This document shows, one piece after another, positions 39,714 through 49,311 of a stretch of DNA of 58,390 bases. The notes under the pieces were generated by a model. It saw nothing but the letters and a program-made list of their open reading frames with translations, did not search any database and had not been told where the DNA came from. The stretch is taken from positions 1 through 58,390 of the forward strand of contig JAWBOS010000005.1 of the NCBI GenBank assembly GCA_038825875.1, written 5' to 3'. The DNA is from Candidatus Woesearchaeota archaeon (GTDB lineage: Archaea; Nanobdellota; Nanobdellia; Woesearchaeales; JAWBMQ01). Within the stretch, counting starts at the first letter, position 1; every line of letters begins with the position of its first letter. A program made the position numbers and the translations under genes.

Positions 39714-40337
39714 ATGAACCTTTTTGGAATTTTTTCAAAAATATTTAATATTTTCAAGAAAAAAAAGGAAATAAAGCTTGGGCTTTATGGTCCACCAAAT
39801 GGAGGAAAAACAACCCTTGCCAATAGAATATGCAAGGATTGGATTGGAGAAGAACTTGGAACTGTAAGCAGTATTCCACATGAAACAAGAGAAATTCAAA
39901 TGAAGGAAAATGTAGTAATAAAGAGAGGAAAGAAAAAGTTGACATTCAATATTGTAGATACTCCAGGCATTGCAACAAGAATAGATTATGAAGATTTTAT
40001 AAAAGAAGGATTAAGCGAAGAAGAAGCCAAGCAAAGAGCAAAGGAAGCCACAAAAGGAGTTATTGATGCAATAAAATGGCTTGATAAGGTTGATGTTGTG
40101 ATTGTGGTTTTAGATTCTACAAAAGATCCTTACACCCAGGTAAATATTACAATTATTGGCAATCTTGCTGCAAGAAACATACCTGTTATAATTGCTGCAA
40201 ATAAAATTGATTTAAAAAAGTCAAATGTGGAAAGAATTGAATCTGCATTTCCTCAGTACCCTGTAGTCCCAATAAGTGCAAAAGAAGGAACGAACATAGA
40301 TTTGCTTTATGATAAACTTTTTGAAATCCTTAAGTAA
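39714..40337 (+). CDS. oapA: Era-like GTPase OapA
   Basis: GLYGPPNGGKTTLANRI, PHETRE, DTPG, DPYTQVN, ANKID, SAK. Confidence 0.9.
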   Translation: MNLFGIFSKIFNIFKKKKEIKLGLYGPPNGGKTTLANRICKDWIGEELGTVSSIPHETREIQMKENVVIKRGKKKLTFNIVDTPGIATRIDYEDFIKEGLSEEEAKQRAKEATKGVIDAIKWLDKVDVVIVVLDSTKDPYTQVNITIIGNLAARNIPVIIAANKIDLKKSNVERIESAFPQYPVVPISAKEGTNIDLLYDKLFEILK

Positions 40338-40343
40338 AAGATA

Positions 40344-40718
40344 ATGTCTAAAAAAATGGAAAAAATAACCCTTGAATTTATTCCGTATAGTACATTAAAA
40401 AGGCTAAGTAAAGAGGAAAGATTGAAGAAGATTATTGAAAAATTAAAAAACGAAAAAATATTACTCATTGAAGGAAAGTTAGATAATGAAGAAAAGAAGG
40501 AACTTATAGTACAAGCAATGCAAAGTTTTAATTTTAAGTTTAAAGGCATTGAAATAGAAACAATTGATTATTCACCTGAAAATTTTGCAGACAAAATTAA
40601 GTATTCCTTTGTAAATCTCTTCTTTAAGAACAAAATGGGATTAACGATTATTGGGCCAGCATCTGTGATTCGAGAAATTAAAAAGGACATAAACAATCTT
40701 CAGATTTATATGACATAA
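40344..40718 (+). CDS. oapB: OapB (DUF2073)
   Basis: ILLIEGKL, FKGIEIETI, GLTIIGPA. Position after oapA. Confidence 0.85.
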   Translation: MSKKMEKITLEFIPYSTLKRLSKEERLKKIIEKLKNEKILLIEGKLDNEEKKELIVQAMQSFNFKFKGIEIETIDYSPENFADKIKYSFVNLFFKNKMGLTIIGPASVIREIKKDINNLQIYMT

Positions 40719-40734
40719 AAAATTAAGTTAAAAA

Positions 40735-41121
40735 ATGGCACATCAATGTGTTAAATGTGGAACATTGTATGAAGATGGAGATAGCAGTATTTTAACTGGT
40801 TGTAAGAAATGCGGATCAAGATTCTTTTTCTTTATTAGAAACGAAAAGCTAGAAGAACTTAAAAAAATCCATCAAAACTTGACTGAAGCGGAAAAAGAAG
40901 AAATAGAAAAAGACATAAAAGATCTTTTAGGGCTAAAAGAAGAAGAACCCGTAGTTTTAGATTTTGAATCTATTCTTGTAGAAAAACCAGGAAAATATAA
41001 AATTGATTTGGTTAAAATTTTGAAAAATGAAGCACTTGTGTATAAACTTGAAGAAGGAAAGTATTACATTGATATTCCTCAAACCATAAGAAATCTTGAA
41101 AAGGAAAAGAGAAAAAAATGA
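40735..41121 (+). CDS. oapC: OapC Zn-ribbon protein (DUF2072)
   Basis: HQCVKCG...ILTGCKKCGSRFF, ESILVEKPGKYKIDL, EGKYYIDI. Confidence 0.9.
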   Translation: MAHQCVKCGTLYEDGDSSILTGCKKCGSRFFFFIRNEKLEELKKIHQNLTEAEKEEIEKDIKDLLGLKEEEPVVLDFESILVEKPGKYKIDLVKILKNEALVYKLEEGKYYIDIPQTIRNLEKEKRKK

Positions 41122-41553
41122 TCACTTTGCATACTTCTCGTAAAATTCTTTCAAGAAAAGAAAGTATTCTTTAACCTGATTTAAACTTATTATTTTACTT
41201 GAAAAGTTCTCATCACTGTATACAACAATTGCTTCTCCCTTTGAGACAACTATTCCATTCTTACAAAATTCATTTAAACTCCTTAAGATTTTTACTATTT
41301 TTAAAAAATTTCTTCCTGTTTCATATCTTTGCACTACTTTCTCCTCAAATAATGCAATCTTTGCATCAACTGAATTAGGTACAAAAGAAACATTCTTTAA
41401 CGTTTCTTCTTTTTTGAGGATAATGTCCATAATCTCTATGGAGATTGCCATTAGCTTATCTACGATTGACAACAAGAGTTTAGGCTCTTTTAACATTTTA
41501 AAACTAACATTTATCAAGTGAGATACATTAATCAATTCTTTTTCTATATCCAT
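41122..41553 (-). CDS. Hypothetical helical protein
   Basis: 143-aa ORF convergent on oapC. Confidence 0.6.
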   Translation of the reverse strand: MDIEKELINVSHLINVSFKMLKEPKLLLSIVDKLMAISIEIMDIILKKEETLKNVSFVPNSVDAKIALFEEKVVQRYETGRNFLKIVKILRSLNEFCKNGIVVSKGEAIVVYSDENFSSKIISLNQVKEYFLFLKEFYEKYAK

Positions 41554-41694
41554 ATTCAAAATTATTTAAGAGTTTGTTTGTTTATATTTTTTATTTTTTT
41601 AGTTTCTAATTGACTATAAGCTATGGATGAGCAATAAAATCATAGCAAAAAATTCAAAATAAATATAAACTCATACTCATTACTTTTCCATAAT

Positions 41695-42534
41695 ATGGCA
41701 CTCCTTAACCAAATAAAGACTGTCTTTTTGATTTCCTTATTGATATCAATAGTAATCTGGGCAGGATACTATTTTGGAGGTATTGAATTAGCAATTGCCT
41801 TTGCTTCTATATCAATCATTATTCAGTGGATTATGCTTTTCTATTCAGATAAGCTTGTTTTATGGATGTATCACGCAAGAGAGGTACAAAGTGGAAGATT
41901 ATATGAAATGGTAATGAAATTAACACGAGAGTTTGACTTACCTATGCCAAAGGTTTATATTGCAGAAATACCTATTGCTAACGCTTTTGCTACGGGTATT
42001 TCACCTAAAAAGAGTGCAGTATGCGTAACTAGAGGATTATTACAGTTACTAAACGAAGAGGAATTAAGAGGAGTTTTAGCTCATGAATTAAGTCATATCA
42101 AAAATAGAGATACTCTGATAAGTATGGTTGCTATAACAATTTCAACGATAATCTCTTCGCTCGCAATGGTAATAAGATATGCATTATTTTTTAGATCCAG
42201 AGACAGAGATAGTGATTTTCTTGGAATGATTTTATTTTCAATATTAGCACCAATAATAGCAACACTAATACATTTGGCAATTTCAAGAACAAGAGAATAC
42301 TTAGCAGATGAAACAGCTGCTAGAAAGATAAGAAATGGTTTGGCTCTTGCTAATGCACTACGAAAGATAGAAAGTTCTGCTAAAATAGTACCTTCACCAG
42401 AAATGCTTAATACAGAGAATATCTTTATAGTAAATCCTTTCAGAGGATCTTCTCTCTTATACCTTTTTTCAACTCATCCCCCAACTACAGAAAGAATAAA
42501 GAGATTGGAAAAAATTCACAAAGAATTATATTAA
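41695..42534 (+). CDS. htpX: Membrane zinc metalloprotease HtpX (M48)
   Basis: NAFATG, GVLAHELSHIKNRD, SRTREYLAD, STHPPTTERI. Confidence 0.95.
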   Translation: MALLNQIKTVFLISLLISIVIWAGYYFGGIELAIAFASISIIIQWIMLFYSDKLVLWMYHAREVQSGRLYEMVMKLTREFDLPMPKVYIAEIPIANAFATGISPKKSAVCVTRGLLQLLNEEELRGVLAHELSHIKNRDTLISMVAITISTIISSLAMVIRYALFFRSRDRDSDFLGMILFSILAPIIATLIHLAISRTREYLADETAARKIRNGLALANALRKIESSAKIVPSPEMLNTENIFIVNPFRGSSLLYLFSTHPPTTERIKRLEKIHKELY

Positions 42535-43241
42535 TGAGATGTATCTATTGTGGCAAAACAATTGAAAAAGGAAATTACTGTGAGAATTGCCTAGAAAAAT
42601 ATTATCCAATAATAAAAGAAGTAAAAAAATTGAATTTAAAAGTTTGCCAAAATTGTGAATTTGTTCAATATAAAAATAAATGGAACAAACTAAGCAACGA
42701 ACTTCTTGAAAAAATTCTTAATAATGCCATAGTAATAGATGATCACTATATGCTTTTAAAATTGTCAGTTAGTGATATTTTTTTAGATATTGAAAATTCA
42801 CAGATACTCTGCAAATTAACTCTCAAATTAAAAATATCTGATTTGAAAAAAGAGATCTTAAGAGTTTTTGAATTTACTTTACCCTTTCAAAAAAGTTATT
42901 GTCAAAAGTGTATAAAAGGTACTACAGACTACTATGAAGCAATTCTTCAACTTAGAAATGTGCCAAGAGAGATATATCCTGAATTATTTCAATTCATCAA
43001 TAACTTAATGGAACAAAAAAAGATATTTATAACTAATGAAGAAACTGTAAAAACAAAAAATGGAATAAGCAAAGATTTTTACTTGACATCTCAAAAATTT
43101 GCTCAAATTCTTGCTAGAGAAGTAACTAAAAAATTTAGTAAACAAAAAATAGAAACAAAGATAAGCAGAAAACTCTATTCTGTTGATAAGATCACAAGTA
43201 AACCACTTTACAGAGTAACTGTTTTAGTAAGATTTGTTTAA
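42534..43241 (+). CDS. nmd3: NMD3-family ribosome biogenesis protein
   Basis: Four CxxC pairs, YYEAILQLR, YRVTVLVR. Confidence 0.85.
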   Translation: MRCIYCGKTIEKGNYCENCLEKYYPIIKEVKKLNLKVCQNCEFVQYKNKWNKLSNELLEKILNNAIVIDDHYMLLKLSVSDIFLDIENSQILCKLTLKLKISDLKKEILRVFEFTLPFQKSYCQKCIKGTTDYYEAILQLRNVPREIYPELFQFINNLMEQKKIFITNEETVKTKNGISKDFYLTSQKFAQILAREVTKKFSKQKIETKISRKLYSVDKITSKPLYRVTVLVRFV

Positions 43242-44606
43242 TTAACCTTTTATCACATATAATGGCTTTAACCTAACGATCTTTTTAGCAATATCTAAAG
43301 AATCTATTATATCCACTACTTCATCCACATTTTTGTATGCCTCTGGTGCCTCCTCAAGAACAGATTCTTTGTTAGGTGCTATTACAATAACCCCTTTCTC
43401 CTTCATTTCTTCCATAACTTTTCCATAATCCAATGTTTTTATTGCTTGATTTCTACTAAGCATCCTTCCTGCTCCATGAGCAGAACTACCTAAGGAAATA
43501 TCTGAATCTTTTCCTATTAATACATAACTATAACTCCCCATGGATCCAGGAATAAGAACTGGTTGACCTATGGATCTATATTTACTTGGTAATTCTGGAT
43601 TATTCTTTCCAAAGGCTCTAGTAGCTCCTTTTCTATGCACAATAACCTTTGTCATTTTCCCATTTATATTGTACTCTTCGATTTTTGCTATATTATGAGC
43701 AATATCGTATACAAGATCTGCTGAAATTCCATAATTCTTCAGAATTTCCCTTACAAGATATGTGATTAATTGTCGATTTGCCCATGCATAGTTAGCACTT
43801 GCAGCCATTGCTTCCCAATAACGCTTTCCCAATTCTGTATGTATACTAGCCCAAACCAATTCCTTGTCAGGTAATGATCCTTTAAATTGATTCAACATTT
43901 CCCTAATATAATCCGTAGCTACTTGATGACCTAATCCCCTACTTCCTGTATGAATCATAATTGTAATCAAATTTTCTCTTAAACCCAAAATCTCAGCTAT
44001 CTTTTCATCATAAACCTTTTCCACTTTTTGGATCTCTAAAAAGTGATTTCCGCTACCTAAGGTTCCTAATTCATCAATCCCTCGCCTTTTCGCTTTTTCA
44101 CTAACTGATTTATGATTTGCATTTGGAAATGTTCCATTGGATTCACAAAAATCCAAATCCTCAGGAATTCCTAAGTTCATATGCACTAAAAATTTAGCTC
44201 CATTATCTAATACTCCTTTTAATTCTTTTTCACTCAATTTAATTTTACTTCTCTTGCCTAATCCAGAAGGCACAGTCTGATTAATCTCATTTGCTATGTT
44301 CTTTAAAGTCTCTTTAATCTGTTCATAAGTAACATTTGTTTTTAATAATCTCACACCACAATTTATATCAAACCCTATTCCTCCAGGACTAATTAAACCA
44401 AAACTATAATCAAACCCTGCTACACCCCCTATAGGAAAGCCATATCCCTCATGAGCATCTGGAAGAAGTATTGCTTTATCCACCAATCCTGGCAAAGATG
44501 CAACATTTTTTATCTGCTGAAGTGTTTGATCCTTCTTTAACTCTTCAAACATCTTCTGACTTGCAAAAATTCTCACCTTTTCAAGATCAATAATGTTTTC
44601 CTTCAT
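43242..44606 (-). CDS. rtcB: RNA-splicing ligase RtcB
   Basis: LPDAHEGYG, DINCGVR, GSGNHFLE, HTGSRG, HNIAK, HRKGAT, SAHGAGR. Confidence 0.97.
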   Translation of the reverse strand: MKENIIDLEKVRIFASQKMFEELKKDQTLQQIKNVASLPGLVDKAILLPDAHEGYGFPIGGVAGFDYSFGLISPGGIGFDINCGVRLLKTNVTYEQIKETLKNIANEINQTVPSGLGKRSKIKLSEKELKGVLDNGAKFLVHMNLGIPEDLDFCESNGTFPNANHKSVSEKAKRRGIDELGTLGSGNHFLEIQKVEKVYDEKIAEILGLRENLITIMIHTGSRGLGHQVATDYIREMLNQFKGSLPDKELVWASIHTELGKRYWEAMAASANYAWANRQLITYLVREILKNYGISADLVYDIAHNIAKIEEYNINGKMTKVIVHRKGATRAFGKNNPELPSKYRSIGQPVLIPGSMGSYSYVLIGKDSDISLGSSAHGAGRMLSRNQAIKTLDYGKVMEEMKEKGVIVIAPNKESVLEEAPEAYKNVDEVVDIIDSLDIAKKIVRLKPLYVIKG

Positions 44607-45177
44607 TTTTCCTTAGCAAAAGCTCATTAATTTTGTCTAAATTCCATCTTATTGAATCAAATTTTCTTCTTAGTTCTCCTCCAAGATCACATTTTACAAG
44701 ATATGAATATATTAACTCTACACATTCTTTGCTCTCCTTAACAATCTCGTATTTTTCTTTAATGGCTGAATTCACTGAAAGTCTCACCAGTTCCCCTGTA
44801 AAATCACTTAAGGAACCAATATAGATTTCATTCAATTTCTTAAGGCTATCTTTGTCCTTTACATCAAGTAAGTTAATAAAAAAAGATCTGTCAAGGATTC
44901 TTTTTTCTTTTATAAAATAATAAAACAACTCTGCTTCAAAGAACTCCTCTAAAAAATCTGAAAATAATGTTAAATCCTTAATTTTTTTGCAATACTCCTC
45001 TAATCTTTTTAATATTTTTTCACTTTTAGATTTTTCTTTTCTATGTAATGCAAATATTGCTGATTTTGCCATTGCTTGAAATTCTCTCTTTTTTGCAAGA
45101 ACTGAAAACTCATGCTTTACTGATTCTTTGTATTCTCGAACAAGGTTTTCTAGATCTTCTTTGTTATACAAAATCAT
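44587..45177 (-). CDS. Translin/TRAX (C3PO-like) family protein
   Basis: AKSAIFALHR, EEFFEA, YIGSLSDFTGELVR, LRRKFD. Confidence 0.85.
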   Translation of the reverse strand: MILYNKEDLENLVREYKESVKHEFSVLAKKREFQAMAKSAIFALHRKEKSKSEKILKRLEEYCKKIKDLTLFSDFLEEFFEAELFYYFIKEKRILDRSFFINLLDVKDKDSLKKLNEIYIGSLSDFTGELVRLSVNSAIKEKYEIVKESKECVELIYSYLVKCDLGGELRRKFDSIRWNLDKINELLLRKNEGKHY

Positions 45178-45215
45178 TTTCAAATTTAGAAAAACCTGCT
45201 ACATTTTAAATTTTT

Positions 45216-46184
45216 TTAATCTTGTGTCTGCAATGCAGTAATTGCTGATAACTGTACAATATCACTTACTTTACATCCTCTACTTAGATCATTTACTGGC
45301 TTTTTTAAGCCTTGCAGAATTGGTCCTATTGCAGTAGCTTTTCCTAATCTTTCAACCAATTTATAACCAATATTTCCTGCATCCAAGTCTGGAAATATTA
45401 ACACTCTTGCTTTGCCTGCAACTGAACTTTCTTTTGCCTTAATTTTTGCTACTGACTCCACTAATGCTGCATCTGCTTGCAATTCTCCATCTATTATCAA
45501 ATCCAGCATAAGATTTTTTGATAGATTTTTTGCTAACTCTGTAGCTTTCACAACCTTATCCACTAATTCATGTTTTGCACTTCCTTTAGTAGAAAAAGAA
45601 AGCATTGCAATGTAAGGCTCAATTCCAAATTGAAGTGCTGTAATACCTGTCTGAACTGCTATCTGTGATAATTCCTGCTCTGAAGGATTTGGAATATTGG
45701 AACAATCTGCAAATAAATACACATCTTCTAAAAGCATAAAAAAAGCACCTGATGAAATTGTAAAAGGTTCTTTTGTTTTTATTATTTGAAATGCTGGTTT
45801 TATTGTATGACCTGTTGTGTGCATTGCACCTGAAATTAAACCATCGGCCTGATTAAGATATACTAGAACTGTTGCAAAGTAAATTGAGTCTTCAAACCAT
45901 TGCCTGATCTCTTCTCTTGTATTCTTATTCCTTCGAAGTTCATAAACAATATCTGTAAACTCTTCTTTCTTCTTATCTGTTATTTCAACAATCTCAACTC
46001 CTAAATTTATAAATTCTGATACTCTATTTTGAGGAACTACAAGCACAGGATTAGCAATCTTTTCTCTTTTTATAATTTTTACAGCCTCAATGATCCTTTC
46101 ATCATCAATCTCGTCAAAAACAATCCTTCTTTGCAATGTTTTTGCCTTACTAAAAACAGCTTCCAAAAACTCAGAACTTTTCAT
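45216..46184 (-). CDS. pta: Phosphate acetyltransferase
   Basis: ADGLISGA, FADC, AMLSFSTKGS, DGELQADAA, FPDLDAGNIGYK, PVNDLSRG. Confidence 0.95.
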   Translation of the reverse strand: MKSSEFLEAVFSKAKTLQRRIVFDEIDDERIIEAVKIIKREKIANPVLVVPQNRVSEFINLGVEIVEITDKKKEEFTDIVYELRRNKNTREEIRQWFEDSIYFATVLVYLNQADGLISGAMHTTGHTIKPAFQIIKTKEPFTISSGAFFMLLEDVYLFADCSNIPNPSEQELSQIAVQTGITALQFGIEPYIAMLSFSTKGSAKHELVDKVVKATELAKNLSKNLMLDLIIDGELQADAALVESVAKIKAKESSVAGKARVLIFPDLDAGNIGYKLVERLGKATAIGPILQGLKKPVNDLSRGCKVSDIVQLSAITALQTQD

Positions 46185-46282
46185 ATGCAATACTATGCTT
46201 TGTTAGTTTAAAAATTTTATTGTAATCATGTTTTTATGTGATTTTTAAATAGTTTTTTAAATAACTTCTTCTACTCTTTTGC

Positions 46283-46921
46283 ATGGAAAACAAATTGTAC
46301 ATAGTTGCAACGCCTATTGGAAATCTAGAGGATATAAGCTTGAGAGCATTGAAAACTTTACGTGAATGTGATGCAATAATATCTGAAGATACTAGAGAAA
46401 CATTAAAGCTCTTAAAATACTATAAAATAAAGAAACCTCTAATAAGAGGAGATGATTATAGCAGAGTAAATTTCAAGAAAGTTTTTGAAAGGTACAAAAA
46501 GATTGCTTTTTTAAGTGATAGAGGATGTCCTAATATCTCTGATCCAGGAGGTAATGTAATAAAACAATTTCTAGATTTTGTAAATCAAGATTACTCTAAA
46601 ATAACCTTAATTCCAGGAAGTAGCAGTATTGAAGTTGTTTCTCTTCTGCCTTTTAACCCGATTCCCTTTGTATTTCTTGGTTTCACTAAGAAATTATCTG
46701 AAATAGAAGTTTATCTAAAAAATGGTATTAATGTTTTATATTTTGAATCATGTCACAGAATAAATAAGTCCATTCAAAATCTTCTAGAGTTTCCAGTTGA
46801 TAAAATCTATATATTTCATGAAATTACAAAGCTACATGAATCTATTTTTGTAATAGAGAACACACCTGTGAAATTACCTGAAAAAGGTGAATATACCGTA
46901 TTTTTAAAGGTCAGAAAATGA
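46283..46921 (+). CDS. rsmI: 16S rRNA (cytidine1402-2'-O)-methyltransferase RsmI-like
   Basis: LYIVATPIGNLEDISLRAL, EDTR, SDRGCPNISDPG, FESCHRI, EITKLHE. Confidence 0.85.
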   Translation: MENKLYIVATPIGNLEDISLRALKTLRECDAIISEDTRETLKLLKYYKIKKPLIRGDDYSRVNFKKVFERYKKIAFLSDRGCPNISDPGGNVIKQFLDFVNQDYSKITLIPGSSSIEVVSLLPFNPIPFVFLGFTKKLSEIEVYLKNGINVLYFESCHRINKSIQNLLEFPVDKIYIFHEITKLHESIFVIENTPVKLPEKGEYTVFLKVRK

Positions 46922-47667
46922 AATTCAAGATTCAATGTAATGAGACATGTATCATTGATGAAAGATTTAAAATTCAAGATACTTTTCTTTACGACATAAA
47001 AGAAAAGGTTCTGTTTATTGCTGACACTCACATTGGTTTAGAAGAATACTACAAACAGCAAGGCATATTTTTACCAAGGATTATTTTTAACGATCTTAAA
47101 GAAAGAGTGGAAAAAACAATTAATAATCTAGAAATAAAAACAATAATTCTTCTGGGAGATATAAAACATGAATTTGGCACAATAAGCAAGCAAGAATGGA
47201 TTGAAACAATTAGTTTTTTTAAGATGATAAAAAATTACAATCTAATACTTATAAAGGGAAATCATGATACAATTCTTAAACCAATAACTGACAAATTCAA
47301 CTTACAGATCTATAGTGAGTTTTCTTTTGAAGATGTTCTCTGCGTTCATGGTGATAAGGAATTAGGGAAGATAGACAAAAACATAAAATATATTATTATA
47401 GGCCATGAACATCCGGCTATTAGTTTAAGAAAACATGGGAGGGTAGAAAAGTTTAAGTGTTTTTTACTTGGAAAGTATAAAGGAAAGAAACTCATAGTTT
47501 TGCCTTCAGCACATAATCTCACAGAAGGAACTGACGTCTTGAAAGAGCAATTATTAAGCCCTTTAATTCATGACCTTGAAAATTTTGAAGTGATTATTAT
47601 TGAAGATAAGCCCTATTATTTTTCTAAGGTAAAAAATTTGCAGAAACTAATGTTAGAATTATCCTAA
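46918..47667 (+). CDS. Calcineurin-like metallophosphoesterase (archaeal ICC-like family)
   Basis: IADTHIGLEE, LGDIKHEF, GNHD, HGD, GHEHP. Confidence 0.88.
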   Translation: MKFKIQCNETCIIDERFKIQDTFLYDIKEKVLFIADTHIGLEEYYKQQGIFLPRIIFNDLKERVEKTINNLEIKTIILLGDIKHEFGTISKQEWIETISFFKMIKNYNLILIKGNHDTILKPITDKFNLQIYSEFSFEDVLCVHGDKELGKIDKNIKYIIIGHEHPAISLRKHGRVEKFKCFLLGKYKGKKLIVLPSAHNLTEGTDVLKEQLLSPLIHDLENFEVIIIEDKPYYFSKVKNLQKLMLELS

Positions 47668-48687
47668 CTCTGAATCCCATCTCTTGATCCTCTCTATGAG
47701 TAAATCTAAATCTTTCTTTAGTAGTGTTAATCCTCCTGCTTTCTCGTGTCCTCCACCTTCTAAAACATTTAAATCTTGAGATATTTCCTTTAGAAATTTT
47801 CCAGCATCAAACTCTATATTTTCAGGTACTCTTAAACTACCTATTGCGTATTCAAGATACTTGTTAATTATTAAAACAGGCTTATCCTTTAACAATCTTG
47901 CACATAAAACCCCTTGAACATTATATGGAGCTTCAATGATTCCAATTTTTATCTTATTTAGTTCAATCATCTCAATTTCAACATCATAATAATCCTTAAT
48001 CTCCTCCTTAAGATTGTTCAAAACCTTTGCAAGTGGATTTAATTGAAAAATTATATCTTCTACTTTTGTTGAGGTAATTAACATCTGAAGAGGTAACGAG
48101 CCATTCCAATAAGTTCTTTTTCCTATGTTAAGTAATGAAACGTACTTTTCTATCTCAAGCATTGACCGATTTCCATAATCTTTCCAAATCATTAATTCTG
48201 GAATTGCTTCTTTTGCTATTACATACAAATCCATGGGAATCTTTTCAACCTTTCCTCCATCTCCAAAGTATCCTAGAAGAGTTAAAAAAACTAAGTATGG
48301 AATCTCTTTTACAGATATATATCTTTTAATTATGCCAGGATAAACCAAATTCTTCCAGATCACTATCGTAGTAGATTGTTCCTTCTCATCATGATATTTC
48401 ACGAAGTAATTAGTATCATTTGGATGATGATCAAAATAAATCACTTTTTCTCTTTCTAGATCCCCTGGAATAATATCTGAAACAACTACATAATCATAAT
48501 CTGATAGAATATCCTCTTTATTTATTCTGAAAACCAATCCTTTACTTGAAAATCCTGTGATGTTGCTAAACTTTTTGAAGAAATGATAAATTAATGCTCC
48601 GCTACTCACACCATCTGCATCCCAATGAGTAGAAATGTACAGCTTCTTATCTTTTATTATATCAATCAAATTCTCGATATCGCTCAT
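47659..48687 (-). CDS. DHH/DHHA1 family phosphoesterase (RecJ/NrnA-like)
   Basis: HWDADG, FDHHP, GSLR, GGGHEKAGG. Confidence 0.85.
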   Translation of the reverse strand: MSDIENLIDIIKDKKLYISTHWDADGVSSGALIYHFFKKFSNITGFSSKGLVFRINKEDILSDYDYVVVSDIIPGDLEREKVIYFDHHPNDTNYFVKYHDEKEQSTTIVIWKNLVYPGIIKRYISVKEIPYLVFLTLLGYFGDGGKVEKIPMDLYVIAKEAIPELMIWKDYGNRSMLEIEKYVSLLNIGKRTYWNGSLPLQMLITSTKVEDIIFQLNPLAKVLNNLKEEIKDYYDVEIEMIELNKIKIGIIEAPYNVQGVLCARLLKDKPVLIINKYLEYAIGSLRVPENIEFDAGKFLKEISQDLNVLEGGGHEKAGGLTLLKKDLDLLIERIKRWDSELG

Positions 48688-48720
48688 AATAGTTTAAGAA
48701 CACATTTGCTTTTAAAAATA

Positions 48721-49287
48721 TTATTCTTCTTTATAGAAATCATGCACATAACTAACATTTCCTAACATTCTTTCAAAGTATCTTCTCTTATTAACCTTTT
48801 CAAGAAATCTATAAACCGTTGAGTGCTTTGCTCCTTCTAAAAGCATTTCTATAGCTTTCTTTGCAAGAACTACATCTTCGCTTAATCCAATTATTGAAAC
48901 AGTTTTTCCATATATACAAATCTCGGTATTTGTCAATCTTTCTAGACTTCTCCTTGCTTTTCCCTCTGTTCCAATAAGTCTGGATTTCATTCTTATCTTG
49001 GCATTTTTTGTTCTTGCAAATTCAGATATATCAATATAATCAAAGAAGTAATCTTCATTTCTCAATTTCATTGCAATAGTTGGATTAAATCCTCTACCGA
49101 TTGCATGAATCACATTTTTTGCATTAAAGACATTTAAGCCATCCTCTCCACTGATAATCACTTCTCCCTCTCTATTTATCTTCACTTTAACAGAAAATTC
49201 TTTCTCAATTCTTCTCTTAACTATTCCTCTTTTGCCAACAACCACAGGAACACGTTCGTGTGGAATTCTTATTTCATCAGAGATCAT
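48721..49287 (-). CDS. KH-domain ribosome biogenesis protein Pno1/Dim2
   Basis: IPHERVPVVVGKRG, AIGRGF, RLIGTEGKAR, GAKHSTVYRFLE. Confidence 0.92.
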   Translation of the reverse strand: MISDEIRIPHERVPVVVGKRGIVKRRIEKEFSVKVKINREGEVIISGEDGLNVFNAKNVIHAIGRGFNPTIAMKLRNEDYFFDYIDISEFARTKNAKIRMKSRLIGTEGKARRSLERLTNTEICIYGKTVSIIGLSEDVVLAKKAIEMLLEGAKHSTVYRFLEKVNKRRYFERMLGNVSYVHDFYKEE

Positions 49288-49311
49288 AAAAAAAGAAAAT
49301 CTGGCTGGTTT

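Noticed and set aside
41620-41646. GCTATG-N15-CATAGC palindrome upstream of htpX as operator or sRNA
   Set aside because: Only 6 bp and a single occurrence, not distinguishable from chance.
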